A stretch of DNA of 64,000 bases from Antedon mediterranea. Taxonomy: Eukaryota > Animalia > Echinodermata. Shown here piece after piece: positions 1 to 11,400 of the stretch (position 1 is the stretch's first letter; each line of letters begins with the position of its first letter). Both the position numbers and the translations under genes were made by a program. The DNA is taken from assembly GCF_964355755.1 (NCBI RefSeq), contig NC_092675.1, positions 24,090,912 through 24,154,911 on the forward strand, given 5' to 3'. The notes under the pieces are model-generated. The model was given only the letters and a program-made list of their open reading frames with translations. It was not told where the DNA came from and did not search any database.

Positions 1-130
1 TCAAGATAAGGTCAGAAAGCGATAAAACGCATAGTGATACCGGACCGACAGACAGACAGACAGACAGACAGACCGACCGACCAACCGACCGACATAGTGA
101 ACTATAGAGTCGCTTCCACGCAACTAAAAA
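1..130 (+). mobile_element. 3' end of a non-autonomous Helentron/DINE-1-like element (family A), cut by the window edge
   Basis: (GACA/GACC)n microsatellite, then 3' hairpin GAGTCGCTTCCACGCAACT and an A-run; nearly identical to 52053-52152 and to 9058-9179 (minus). Confidence 0.75.
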
Positions 131-348
131 TGCACAGTTACATAGTTATTTAACAATAAATCAAGTCACGTGACCAATAACTAAAAAATCTCAACTCATA
201 AAATATTCTCCCTATTTAACCCATAAACAATCATTATTTGTATAATTAACTGCAGAAAAAAAATAATCATAAAATGTTAGAGCTGATTTTTAGTCCAGTT
301 CAAGCGTGGCTATACCTTTGTTTTAAAAGCAACTTAATTATTTTGAAG

Positions 349-1002
349 GATGCTAAAATTTTAAATATTTGGGAGTATGAACAAAAGTTGAACATTCTTG
401 AACGTGATGAAGAAAACTGCAAAACAACCTTGAATAAACAAAAGCAGGAAGAAGAATATGAAAGAGAAAGTCAAAAACACAACCAATTTACGGTTGATTC
501 TTCAGTTTTAAACCGTGAGGTAATTCCCACATTTGATTATTATTGTTTTTCCTTAAATTTCAATTTCACTATTGTATTTCAAAATACAGCTGAAATTCGT
601 TTGAACTGTAAAATATACGTAAAATTGTTGTATTAGTCCCATCACAAGATATTTTCTTTTAATTAATTTTTACAATAAATATTACAAAAACTTTCAAAAT
701 GTTTTATTGTAAATTGTCTATAGATTATTTCTGAAATGATAAAGAGAGCATCTGAAGCTGAATCAACTTATGAAGAAAAACTTTTAAAATTAGAAGTTGA
801 AGAAGCACATGAAGATTTAGACTACTACTTGCAAAAAACAGCATTACCTAGGCCTGCTGTACTAGGTGCCCCTCCCAGGACTAAAGATCCACCAAAGCTG
901 CCTTCAAGAGGAAAATCCAGTTCTAAGACGGTACAAAAGATTGGCTTAGAACCTCAAATAGCACGAGGTTCAACAAGAGGAAGTAGAAGCAAGGCCAAAT
1001 AA
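349..1002 (+). CDS. Last two coding exons (349-519, 724-1002) of a coiled-coil protein gene starting left of the window
   Basis: AG|GAT at 349, GAG|GTAATT at 519, TAG|ATT at 724, both junctions phase 0. Joined frame DAKILNIWEYEQKL...VLNRE/IISEMIKRASEAESTYEEKLL...RSKAK*; charged heptad-like sequence then a Pro/basic tail. Confidence 0.65.
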
Positions 1003-1723
1003 AGACACTTGTACATTTGAAGCTGAACTTTATTGTCTACTAATAATGTAGTTTACTGTATATAAGCAAAGTAATTTTTATGTCTTTCATAAAAATAAAC
1101 CATCTTTATATTATTTTTTTCATTTTTTATTTAATATATGATTCAAATTATTTAATTGAAAAAGAATATTAAACATATAATATATTTTTAACCAAATTAT
1201 CTCATAAATTATAATCTCTTATTTAAAATTGTTTCAATGTTTTATCTGTTTACAGTACATGTTTGTTCTTATCCTGTTCCAATATTAAACATTATTTTAA
1301 GGCCACCACTACTAGCTTTTAAAATAATAAATCTTCAATTAAATTACATGCAACTCATCATGACAAGTTTAATTTATTTACGCCTGAAAATATGCATACT
1401 AACAAGTTATACACTATACAATGTAAACCTATAAAGCTATTGAATTATTAAGAGACCAAGCCATTTCTAAAGAAACCATTGATACATGATCGCACTAGTT
1501 CATTTACTACCCATCCTACAGGCATGACAAAATGGCACAGGACGGAAGCAAGGCCAATTAAAGTATAAATAGGAAGATGCTCAAAATTGAATATAATTAT
1601 ATAATCTGAATAAATGCATATTTTTTTACCTTTTTTAAATATTTTGTTTAAAATGGTAATGAAACGAATGATCGATCACTGTTCTGACAGTCTCTCAATA
1701 TTGTTGTTTGTTTACTGATCTGA

Positions 1724-1908
1724 CCATCCTTTCCAGAATAAAGTATCTTTCTCATTGGATCACGGCTTTTACCATCTTCTCCAGAAATAAAGAATCTTGC
1801 TTTTTGGATCGCTGTTTTACCATCTGATCTCCAGAAATAAAGAATCTTGGTTTTTGGATCGCTGTTTTACCATCTTCTCCAGAAATAAAGTATCTTACTC
1901 TTTGGATC
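1724..1908. repeat. Minisatellite, about 4 copies of a 48-50 bp unit
   Basis: CCATCTTCTCCAGAAATAAAGAATCTTGCTTTTTGGATCGCTGTTTTA units start at 1724, 1772, 1820 and 1870. Confidence 0.9.
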
Positions 1909-2103
1909 ATTTGATTTTTTTCATTTATTTATACTGTACAAAAAAAGTATCCAATTTCGAGCTCATCATCTTTAGTTTTAATGTGGCTACTGTTTGGATG
2001 TGTGATAACATTTCTTAAACTTGAATTGGAATTCGACTAAACCGAGCATGCGATGGATGCCAAATCCGTGGACAAGCAAGAAGATAAACAAATAATTTAT
2101 TAT

Positions 2104-5100
2104 TCATAGTTTAATATCTTCGTATACTGGTTCCGAAGTTTTGTTGTTACGCTTAGCAGGGTTTGGCTTAGAATATAACTCACCAACGTTGATATAGTGG
2201 GATGTTCGTATCGGTTTTGTTTTCTGATCATTATTGTCGTCAGCGGGAATATAAATTATATTTTCAACGGTACCAACTAGGTTGTCTTCGTCCATTGAAT
2301 TATCATCTACAACTGTTGACGATTGCTTGTTGACACTGCAAGCTAAGATTGATGAGTCAAAATTACCAGATGCAACCGATTGCGCCTTGATACCATCACA
2401 ATTTTCAGCTGACTGTGTGTTTACAACGCCAGCTGCAGCCGACTGCTTTCCGACACCACCGTTTATACCTTCAGCTGCAACAAGTTGAGTGTTGATCTTT
2501 TGTATTGAGTCCATACAAGGAGTTTTCTTATTTTGTCCATCTGCAATAGTTTCGTATGGTTTCTCATTGATACCCTTTTCTATGTCATTTTCTCCCGTAT
2601 CATCTTTCACACAGTGTAATTTCTGAACGGGGGTGTTCTTTTCTTTATCAATGACTATCTGTGTTTCGTATATTGCATTTTTGTCAGTCTGTTTTACTGA
2701 ACTTGCTGGGCACTTATGTTTATCCTCAATATGTATTTCGTTTATTATAATTTTATTGCTGGTCTCTTCTTTTGACACTTTATCTAAAACCAGTACGGTA
2801 GATTCTGAAATGCAGCTTCTTTTCTCTTCTTTCGCTAGTTTCTTTCTTTCATCGTCGTTGGCATTGGCTTCCGAAATCTGTGGACAAGACTTAACAGCTT
2901 TTGATAAAGCTACACAAACTGCTTCAGTATTCTGCTGCCCATTATCTATGTCGTCATCATCACCCATGTTGATTTTCAATGGCATTTCCTCAGCCGGATA
3001 AGGTTGATCATTAGTTTCTGTAAAACATATAGCATTCTGTGAGTTTGAACATATTTGCTTTCTTTCTCTTAAACCAAATGTTTTCAGATCTTTGTCACAA
3101 GCTTCGGAATTGTCAATTATTTCTGTTAATTCTTCTTCTGGACTGTCGTTAATAGATTTATTTTCTTCGGGGTTTTCTTCGTCGGATTCATTAATTGAGG
3201 GATTTGATTCATCTGGTTTTGGAATATACATGTTCTGTAATTGTTTATTTTTGCGACTGAAAAAAAAAACAGATTAAAATGAGCATGGTTTCTTAATTGC
3301 AATGGCATTGCAAACATTACGTCAGTATTATTGTTAAAATGGTAACTATCTCTATCCATTTCTTTGGCAATGGACTGCATTTAAACAGGTAATACCAATG
3401 CATTCACAAATTTAATAATTTTTCGTCATACATCACAATCATTGTTTTCTTCATCATTACATTATTAATCATAATTGTCATCATTTTAATCATGCTAAAA
3501 GCACTTTAGCTCGCGCTCGGGAAGAAACTATTATGCCTACAGGTTGGTGAATAATATTTACCATTGTTTGCACAAATTTATTGAGAGAATCACGATGATG
3601 AAAAATGACAGACCAAAATAAATCCCAACTGAAAGAAAAATGATCATAAAAATACACTTTCTTTGACTCAACACCAACAACATTACAGAGTGTTTATTAT
3701 CATTTACAAGATTTAAAAAGAAAGAGATACATAATGTAAGTTGATTATAACTCTGATCATCCTTTTAACTCAAAATTCTAAAGATTATTTAAATTTATAC
3801 CAGACTTTAATTAAATAATTTTCTTTAATGATATCAGTTTCATCCAAAGAATCAATCTAAAACACTGGTTACGTTATTTGATGTCGCATTCATTATTCAG
3901 TTGTTATTTTTTCCTATAGTACAATAAACACAATATGTCTACTTTATTTTTGTTTATGTCATGTAATTCACATACCATGTCATGATGTAATCATTCATAT
4001 TCCTAGAATAACTTACCGACAATACAGCATTTTTCAAAATCTATATAAATAATGAGATGAAAAACAATAAATACAAAAGAGAGAGCAAGGCGTAAATGCA
4101 AAAGTCACGGACAGGCATGTGAAATTCCACAATTAGAATTGGGTACAGAATTATAATAAACCGTTAGCTAATTTACTATGCTTAAATTTAAGTTAACGTT
4201 AATAAACGTAAAATTTAATTCATTTAGGCATATGAATGATGATTATATTTTGGAAGCGGTAAAGAACGAGAAAATGTTTATACAAATTGAGTACAACACT
4301 AATCCTTACCTTGAAATAAAGGGTCCAGAAAACAACAACCTGTTTGCAGGCCTAAAAATAGCAGAAAATAAATTATTTTTCTTCTCTCACATTTTACTCA
4401 CTGCACAAAATAATAATAATGAACATTATTTCATATAAAGCTTATTTTCTTCCTATTCAAACGATTTTTCTCTCTTTCGTGGGTTTAGCCCACTTTTATT
4501 CATTATTCTATTCATGACAAAGGTATACAAAGATTACAAAGTTAAAAAAAAAATTACTAACATGTATGTACAATAATATGGTTAAAAGAGATATCTTTTT
4601 TAAAACATAACATAATTGGATATCTTTTAAAACCTAACATAATTGATTATATTGGCACATAACCTCTTATAAAATTTGGCTAACGTATTGAAGCGTTGTT
4701 TTTCTTTCCTTCCTTTTCATCTTTCTGTTTTATATAGTAAAACACAATAAGTGTATTAAAAAAAAGTTACTTTTGTATTTTTTAAAATTTTTCTCAATAT
4801 AGAAGAAAGAAAGAGAAAAGAGAAAAAAAAAAACGAGTTTTCATTTCGATTTTATGAAATGTGATTCATTAATTTATCTTTTACTTTAGCCCATTTAATG
4901 TGAGCTTTATTTACATTACAAGCATATTGGTTAGCTAATACATTTCTGAGCTAATTAGATACATATTTGTGTAACCGTACTAGACTGTTATAAACATATT
5001 CAATATTCTTTATATTATAATATTATTAGTTATAATAGACGTTATCTAAAAGTTGAATTAATTGCATTTCATTGTTTTCACTACTATTGGAATAAATAGT

Positions 5101-6013
5101 AATAACATTAGGCGTATTATTATTTTATTTATCTTTTATAATACATAAATTTAGAAATGACAAGAAACACAATGACTGGAATGCTTACCCGGTGGCGACG
5201 GTGAATCTGATGCTGTGCTCATGATTTCTGTGACTGTTGTACAATCAACGAAAAACATAATATTCATTACAATTTGATTCATATTATTGCATTTTTGAAA
5301 GGTAAATAATAATAACAATAGTAACTAAAATAAAAGTAGTAATACGACAAATCATGTTGCGAATTAAGAGACGTTCACTATATAACTTCCGAATTTAATG
5401 ACAAAAAAATGAGGTTTCGGGACCATCATAGAATCATTCTCAAATGATGTATGCAAAAGTCGATATTTTGTGTCATTAAGTCAAATCATTTTCTACATCT
5501 ACTACAGCACTAAGACAGATATATTACTTAAATGATAAAATAATGTTAACCTACTTTTGGATCTTAAGTATTATTTGGATTTCAAGTTCATTTAATTTAC
5601 TTCAAAGTGTGCTGTAATGCATCTCTAGTATCGCGTTGTATAATACAAATTGAATTAATTGCATTTTTTTTACTATTACAATATGAATAAGAAATTCTTA
5701 CCCTCTGTATTTGTGCTCCCCATGATTGTTGTGCCGATTGTATTCCCTAAAAACATGATATAAATTTTATTTTATTTTATTTTTATTTTTTTATATTACA
5801 ATAATATGAATAAGAAATTCTTACCCTCTATATTTGTGCTCCCCATGATTGTTGTGCCGATTGTATTCCCTAAAAACATGATATAAAGCATTTGTTACTA
5901 TTACAATATATGAATAGATAATAATTGTTATGTTTTATTTAAAAATACATATATAAAGAAAATCTTACCCACTGTATCTGTGCTCCCCGTGATTGTTGTG
6001 CCGATTTTATTCA
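2104..6013 (-). CDS. Single-pass membrane protein with Thr/Ser micro-exon stalk, juxtamembrane CxxC and ~380-aa Tyr-rich disordered tail (transmembrane-adaptor-like); 5' end unresolved
   Basis: Phase-consistent exons 5969-6013, 5825-5869, 5702-5746, 5189-5233 (45 nt each, phase 1-1), 4017-4040 (DFEKCCIV), TM exon 3562-3628 (VGIYFGLSFFIIVILSINLCKQC) and terminal exon 2104-3256 (contains ORF 2104..3231, ends EPVYEDIKL). Exons 6375-6415 and 6718-6840 could extend the frame upstream; an in-frame ATG lies at 5846. Confidence 0.75.
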
Positions 6014-8460
6014 CTAAAAACATTATATAAAGTTATTTAAAAAATGCATTCTGACTATTTGTTTTCTCATTTTTAATGTATTTTGTAAAAATAAAACAAT
6101 TAATTAATCTTTTACCTTACATTATCATACTTTTTAGTATTCAGACAGCACTAAGACAAATATATTATTTGAATGATAAAATAATATTAGCTTACTTTGG
6201 GATCTTTAAGTATATTATTTAGATTTCAAGTTCATTTAATTTACTTCAAAGTGTATCTTCACATTCGCGTTGTATGATACAAATTGAATTTATTGCATTT
6301 TTTAAATTATTACAATATATATGAATAAATAACAATTGTTATGTTTTATGTAACATATATAAAGAAATTCTTACATTTGTTGTGTTCTCCATGACTGTTG
6401 TGCCGATGATATTCACTAAAAACATGATCTGTTTTTCTCATTTTTAATGTATTTTGTAAAAAAAAGTAGTTAATCTATTAACTTACATTATTTAGATGTT
6501 TGTCAGTGTTCCTTCCACGTTCCGTGTTTATTCTAAAATGATAAAAGAGATTCAAGAATAGATTCAATAAGTCGATAGCTGTAACAAAACTAAATCTTTT
6601 GAACACATTTTTAGGGAAAATCCAGATCGATTATCAGAACATGAAACATGTTATTATCTAAAATATCATGGCTCGTTATTAGAGGTTTCAACAATTTGCT
6701 GAGGTACAGGTACTTACCAAACTGCGAATTTCGAGGATGGAGTAGATGTCTTGTCACCAGTATTCGGTCTGCTGTATTCAGTTGATTCAGTTTGTTTTAG
6801 TCTGAAGGTTTCTATGCTGCAGTGTACAGAAAGTGATACTCTAAACTGTTATGCTCATATTGAAACTATCGATATGCAGATTATGTTTTTAAAACAAATA
6901 GACAAAAGGTTTCAATAATATGTTGAGGTTTATAAATATAATGTAATCGTGATTAGGCCTAAACTCTTGCGTTGTTTAGATAGCAAAGTAGCTAGGAGGT
7001 GACATTCGCTTAGCTTGTCTGAATTTCAGACAAGTATAATTTTAGGATTATGGGATACATTTGAGAATATTAGGTTATTTTAAAAAGAAGTGGGAAACAA
7101 AATCTATGGGATGCGAAAGATTTGATCCGCAAAACCGCGGAACAAACAGCATTGATTCAATCATAGGCCTATATACGTTTTTCAAGATTCTGAATAAAAA
7201 TTTTACATGATTAGTATTGCCATCGTTCTCATAATACCTAACTTAACTTAACATTGGGAGTATTGAAATGTAGGCCACGTAGTTGTTTGTACTCCTCCTC
7301 CCTACACAGAGTTAATACAGTTGTGGATATTTTACTTCGTTTTTTGATCCCAGCAGTTCTTATTTAATGTTACCATTTTAAGTTATTGTAATTAATGTAT
7401 GCTGTTTTTATTTCTTGAACTGTTTCTAAATAAATTGCATTTTTTACCTAGGTCAAAGGTCAAATTCTCAAAAAGTGCAATTCAGTGACCCCGTACATAT
7501 ACGGGCTTCGTGGGACAGTAAATTACCCTGTCAAAGGGTTAACAGTGCGTCATTTTAAAAGTAATGATAAGATGACGAGAGCATGGATCTCGTCATTATT
7601 GTCTACAATGTTTAGATGACGAGATTAGAAGAGACGATCAGAATGACGATTTCTCGTCATATCTATCTTTAGAAAGGATTATCAGAACGGTAGAACTATA
7701 ACTACTTCGCGGAAGCCATATGAGTATCAAGATTACATATTAGTTAAACTGAAACGCTCAAAGCAAAGCACCTCTCCTACGTTAGATGAAATCAATCAAT
7801 ATGAAAACATGAGTATTGCTGCTCTACCATGACTCATGGTAGGACCCGTAAAACTAATTCTAACACAACACTAAATTAATACAAGGAGCCATCAACATGA
7901 TTGCCTATATTTCTATAGTCCAATTTTTATATCAAGAAACCAAGGATCAGAAATTTATAAATAGAGGGTTTTATTTTTAAATGAATTGAATTTAATTGGA
8001 TCAGTAAGTTGTGTTTGTATTACAACTATACATTCCAAAGAAAAGTAAGTAGATATCAGGAAACGTATTTATTTTAAGGCTGAAATAAAATGTATGGTTG
8101 TTAACAATGGTCTTGTTATTATTATAGACATTACTCTGTTTTGAGACATTCGAACGTATTGACACAGACAGTCTAAAATCAAGGAAAAGTGACATTACAT
8201 TACGTAAAAGTGAATACAAGGTCAAGTACTCCGAAACAGGAAATAGGAAAGTTAAGCATTGAAGAGTTGCGCCCTCATATCGTTACAATTGAAGACAATG
8301 AATTGAATACACATTATTTTCAAGGAGAGGAAAGTGACGAAAAGTAGTCAGCCTACTATATCTTCCTTAATTCGTTGATCGTACTCCTACTGGTAGTTAT
8401 TATTATTCTATCACAAATACACTGAATGCACTAAACTCGCGTTATACGTTGAACGACAGC

Positions 8461-11400
8461 ATGTTTTCGGCATTTCCCAAAATATTTCATCAGTGGATAG
8501 GCATACACGTTATAATGGGCACTATAAATACTTGCATTGTTATAACAATGCTGATTCCATTTATTAGTGGTAGGTAATTCAATTTTTTTGTTAGTTGATA
8601 TTTTATTTAATATGAAAGGAAGGCAAAATGAATGAATTGGATTTATCCAGAGAAGAGGGAAATTACAATGTTTGTCCGCACTATTCCCTGGTTTTATCTA
8701 ATCGAAATTGTTGATTATTTCATATATTTATTTTCTTTTATAATAAAAGTGAATGAAAATGTAGTAAACACACATTTGTTGGTGATGAAGTGAGTTATAG
8801 GCCTTAAATGTTGAACATATTCGCAGCCTTCTTGGCTGGTCAATTCAATATTGGCCATTTTCATTGTCGTTTATTAGGCATTATTTTACATCTATAGGCC
8901 TACTTTGTTTTTATTTCAATTAAAATATTTATTGGACATAAAGTCCAGACCAACTTGTTGTTCTTACCTGGGGCCGATTGTAGGGTCGTGTGGCATGAAT
9001 GTCAGCACTAACATTCTTCCATTCATTCGTAGGCCTACATTTATATGCAATGCAACGTTTTTAGTCGCTTGGACGCGACTCTATAGTTCACTATGTCGGT
9101 CGGTCGGTCTGTCGGTCTGTCTGTCGGTCCGGTATCACTATGCGTTTTTAGCACGCGACTTATGGCTATTGGCCTTGTTCTTTATATTCCAGAGTCTTTG
9201 GTAAAGGCAGAGAAACGTTATTAATTACATTTTTAAAAAAATCTTTTTAAAAATCAATGTTTACAATGTTTACAACTATAACAGGTCAATTTGAAGGAGA
9301 TGTTCGATTAATGCCGGAAGAATCAGACTATAACTTTGTACAAGTTTACCACGACAGCCAATGGGGAGCAGTATGCAGTGGTCAACAGTGGGATAGGAAC
9401 GACGGTGACGTCATTTGCCGACAGTTGGGTTAGTATAATGTTAACTTGTTAATTTAAATGTCCTAGTTATATCTTTCTTAAATAGATGTGTTGATATACC
9501 TTCATTATGTAAAATATTGTAATTAACAATGATATATAGATATTAGGCTTTTATAAATTAAATATATTTACTTTCAGTATTACCTTTGTATTATGCCCTT
9601 ACAACTCGTACACTTTATCATTTAGATGATATTGTATTGTCTGTATTATTTATTATTGAAATCAAAATCATAGTAAAAACTGAATTGGATATTTTTCACA
9701 ATGTATATAATGCATGAAAGCAATAAAATACATATTAATAAAAAAAAAATCATTAAACATCAATAAAATATACACATATGTCGGATTGGTGACACGTATA
9801 AATAACCGTATCGTAATTTGTTTATAATATGTTCCAATAATAAAATTAAGATTTTACTGTACTAAATATGACGATGATGATTATTGAAATTCTCTACCAT
9901 CAGCATAGTAATGAATAATACACTTTAAGTAGGCTTATTGGTGCAATAATCGCAGTGGATTATTCTAAGCTGGTCAACAATGACGAACTGTTACCGCAGA
10001 TAATACCGTAAATATACAACTGGCCTATGGTGTGCTTTGGTTTGCACAAATCTCAACTTATTCCACTATGAAAATTGTTCACAATGTAAAAATGAAATTT
10101 TACCCTAACAATAACTTTCATTCAATACATAAGCAAGAATGCTGCGGGGTCTAAATTAACACACAACCGTACGAGAATCGAGTGAAAATAAACTTTAGTA
10201 AATCAGACTATCTATCCTCATCATCAAATAATGTTTTAAATAGTCCCAGCTCCCAGCACGTGCACTTACTTTTTTATTCAGGTCGCAGAGAGGTAAAATT
10301 GACTACAAGACATCGTTTCTAGGACAAGAAACCATAATGGAGGAAGATGTATTTTAGTAAATTAATGTTATGCTATTTCTATCTATGTCATTGTGACCCT
10401 TCTATAAATTTACTTTAGGACTAGGTAGAGCTCGGTACGTATTCACAGCATATGGACGAGACAGTAACTCAGTGTACAATAGTGTCAACGTAAGTCAAGG
10501 GGAGCCCATCTGGTTGGCTGATCTACAATGTAATGGTAACGAAGATCGGGTAGCTGAATGCGAAAGACCAATTGAGTGGGGTTCACGCTCTCCAATATGC
10601 TACCGTGCTGGAATTGAATGCTCAAAAGCTGGTGAGTTATGGTATACAATAGAAACTCATTTCAATATTGTTTATATAGAAGTAAAGAAGGTTTGATGAA
10701 ACTACTTAATCGGAGAATTTATTCAAAACAAACATTTGACCATGGTTCAGAGATTTACAATATAAACCAACTAACATAGAAATCTGCTTCATATACGCAG
10801 CATATTTAACTATAATCATATACCGGTATACTTTTGCATTATTTAGCTGTAATACATTTTATCACTCTATTTAATCTTCTAGAAACGTTAAGTCGTTTTT
10901 TTTTTAATATTTGAATTTTTTTTCTTTGAGATGATATATATTTTTTTAAACAACATCATTTAATTCAACATTCAATGTCCTGTGAATCATACTCACGAAT
11001 TCAAAAATATTTTTGTTTATTCTTCAAGCTGTAATTGCACAATATATTCTAGAGATTAATATACTTTTGCTTCATGAGGACAATTGTCCGCAATGAGATC
11101 AACTCATGAGTCATCGACCAGTGTATTGTATACATAACTATTGTTGTTATATTATATGCAAGTCAGATATAAATTTTAATCCACTTACAGTGTTCAATCA
11201 AGAGATTTAAAATATTTTGGAAACAAAGTAGTATTGAAAGGTTTTTAGGAATTTCTTCTATTTTTTAGGAACAATTATAAATACTATACAATTAGGCCTA
11301 CATCTTACGTAAAAAACATTGTAGAAATGTAGGCCTATGTTGTTATTTTCAATAAACATAATTATTGCTTTACCAACAGCGAAACCTAAGCATTTGTTGG

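Noticed and set aside
2282-3277. Plus-strand Ser/Leu-rich ORFs
   Set aside because: Antisense shadows of the real minus-strand terminal exon.
6487-6532. Extra 46-nt exon of the adaptor-like gene
   Set aside because: It has splice-like ends but introduces a stop when joined to its neighbours in the frames tested.
7490-7541. piggyBac-like end (...CAAAGGG|TTAA)
   Set aside because: No matching opposite terminus was found, so no element could be delimited.
7827-7839. AP-1 palindrome CCATGACTCATGG between the divergent genes
   Set aside because: A single short motif is expected by chance; no TSS evidence ties it to either gene.
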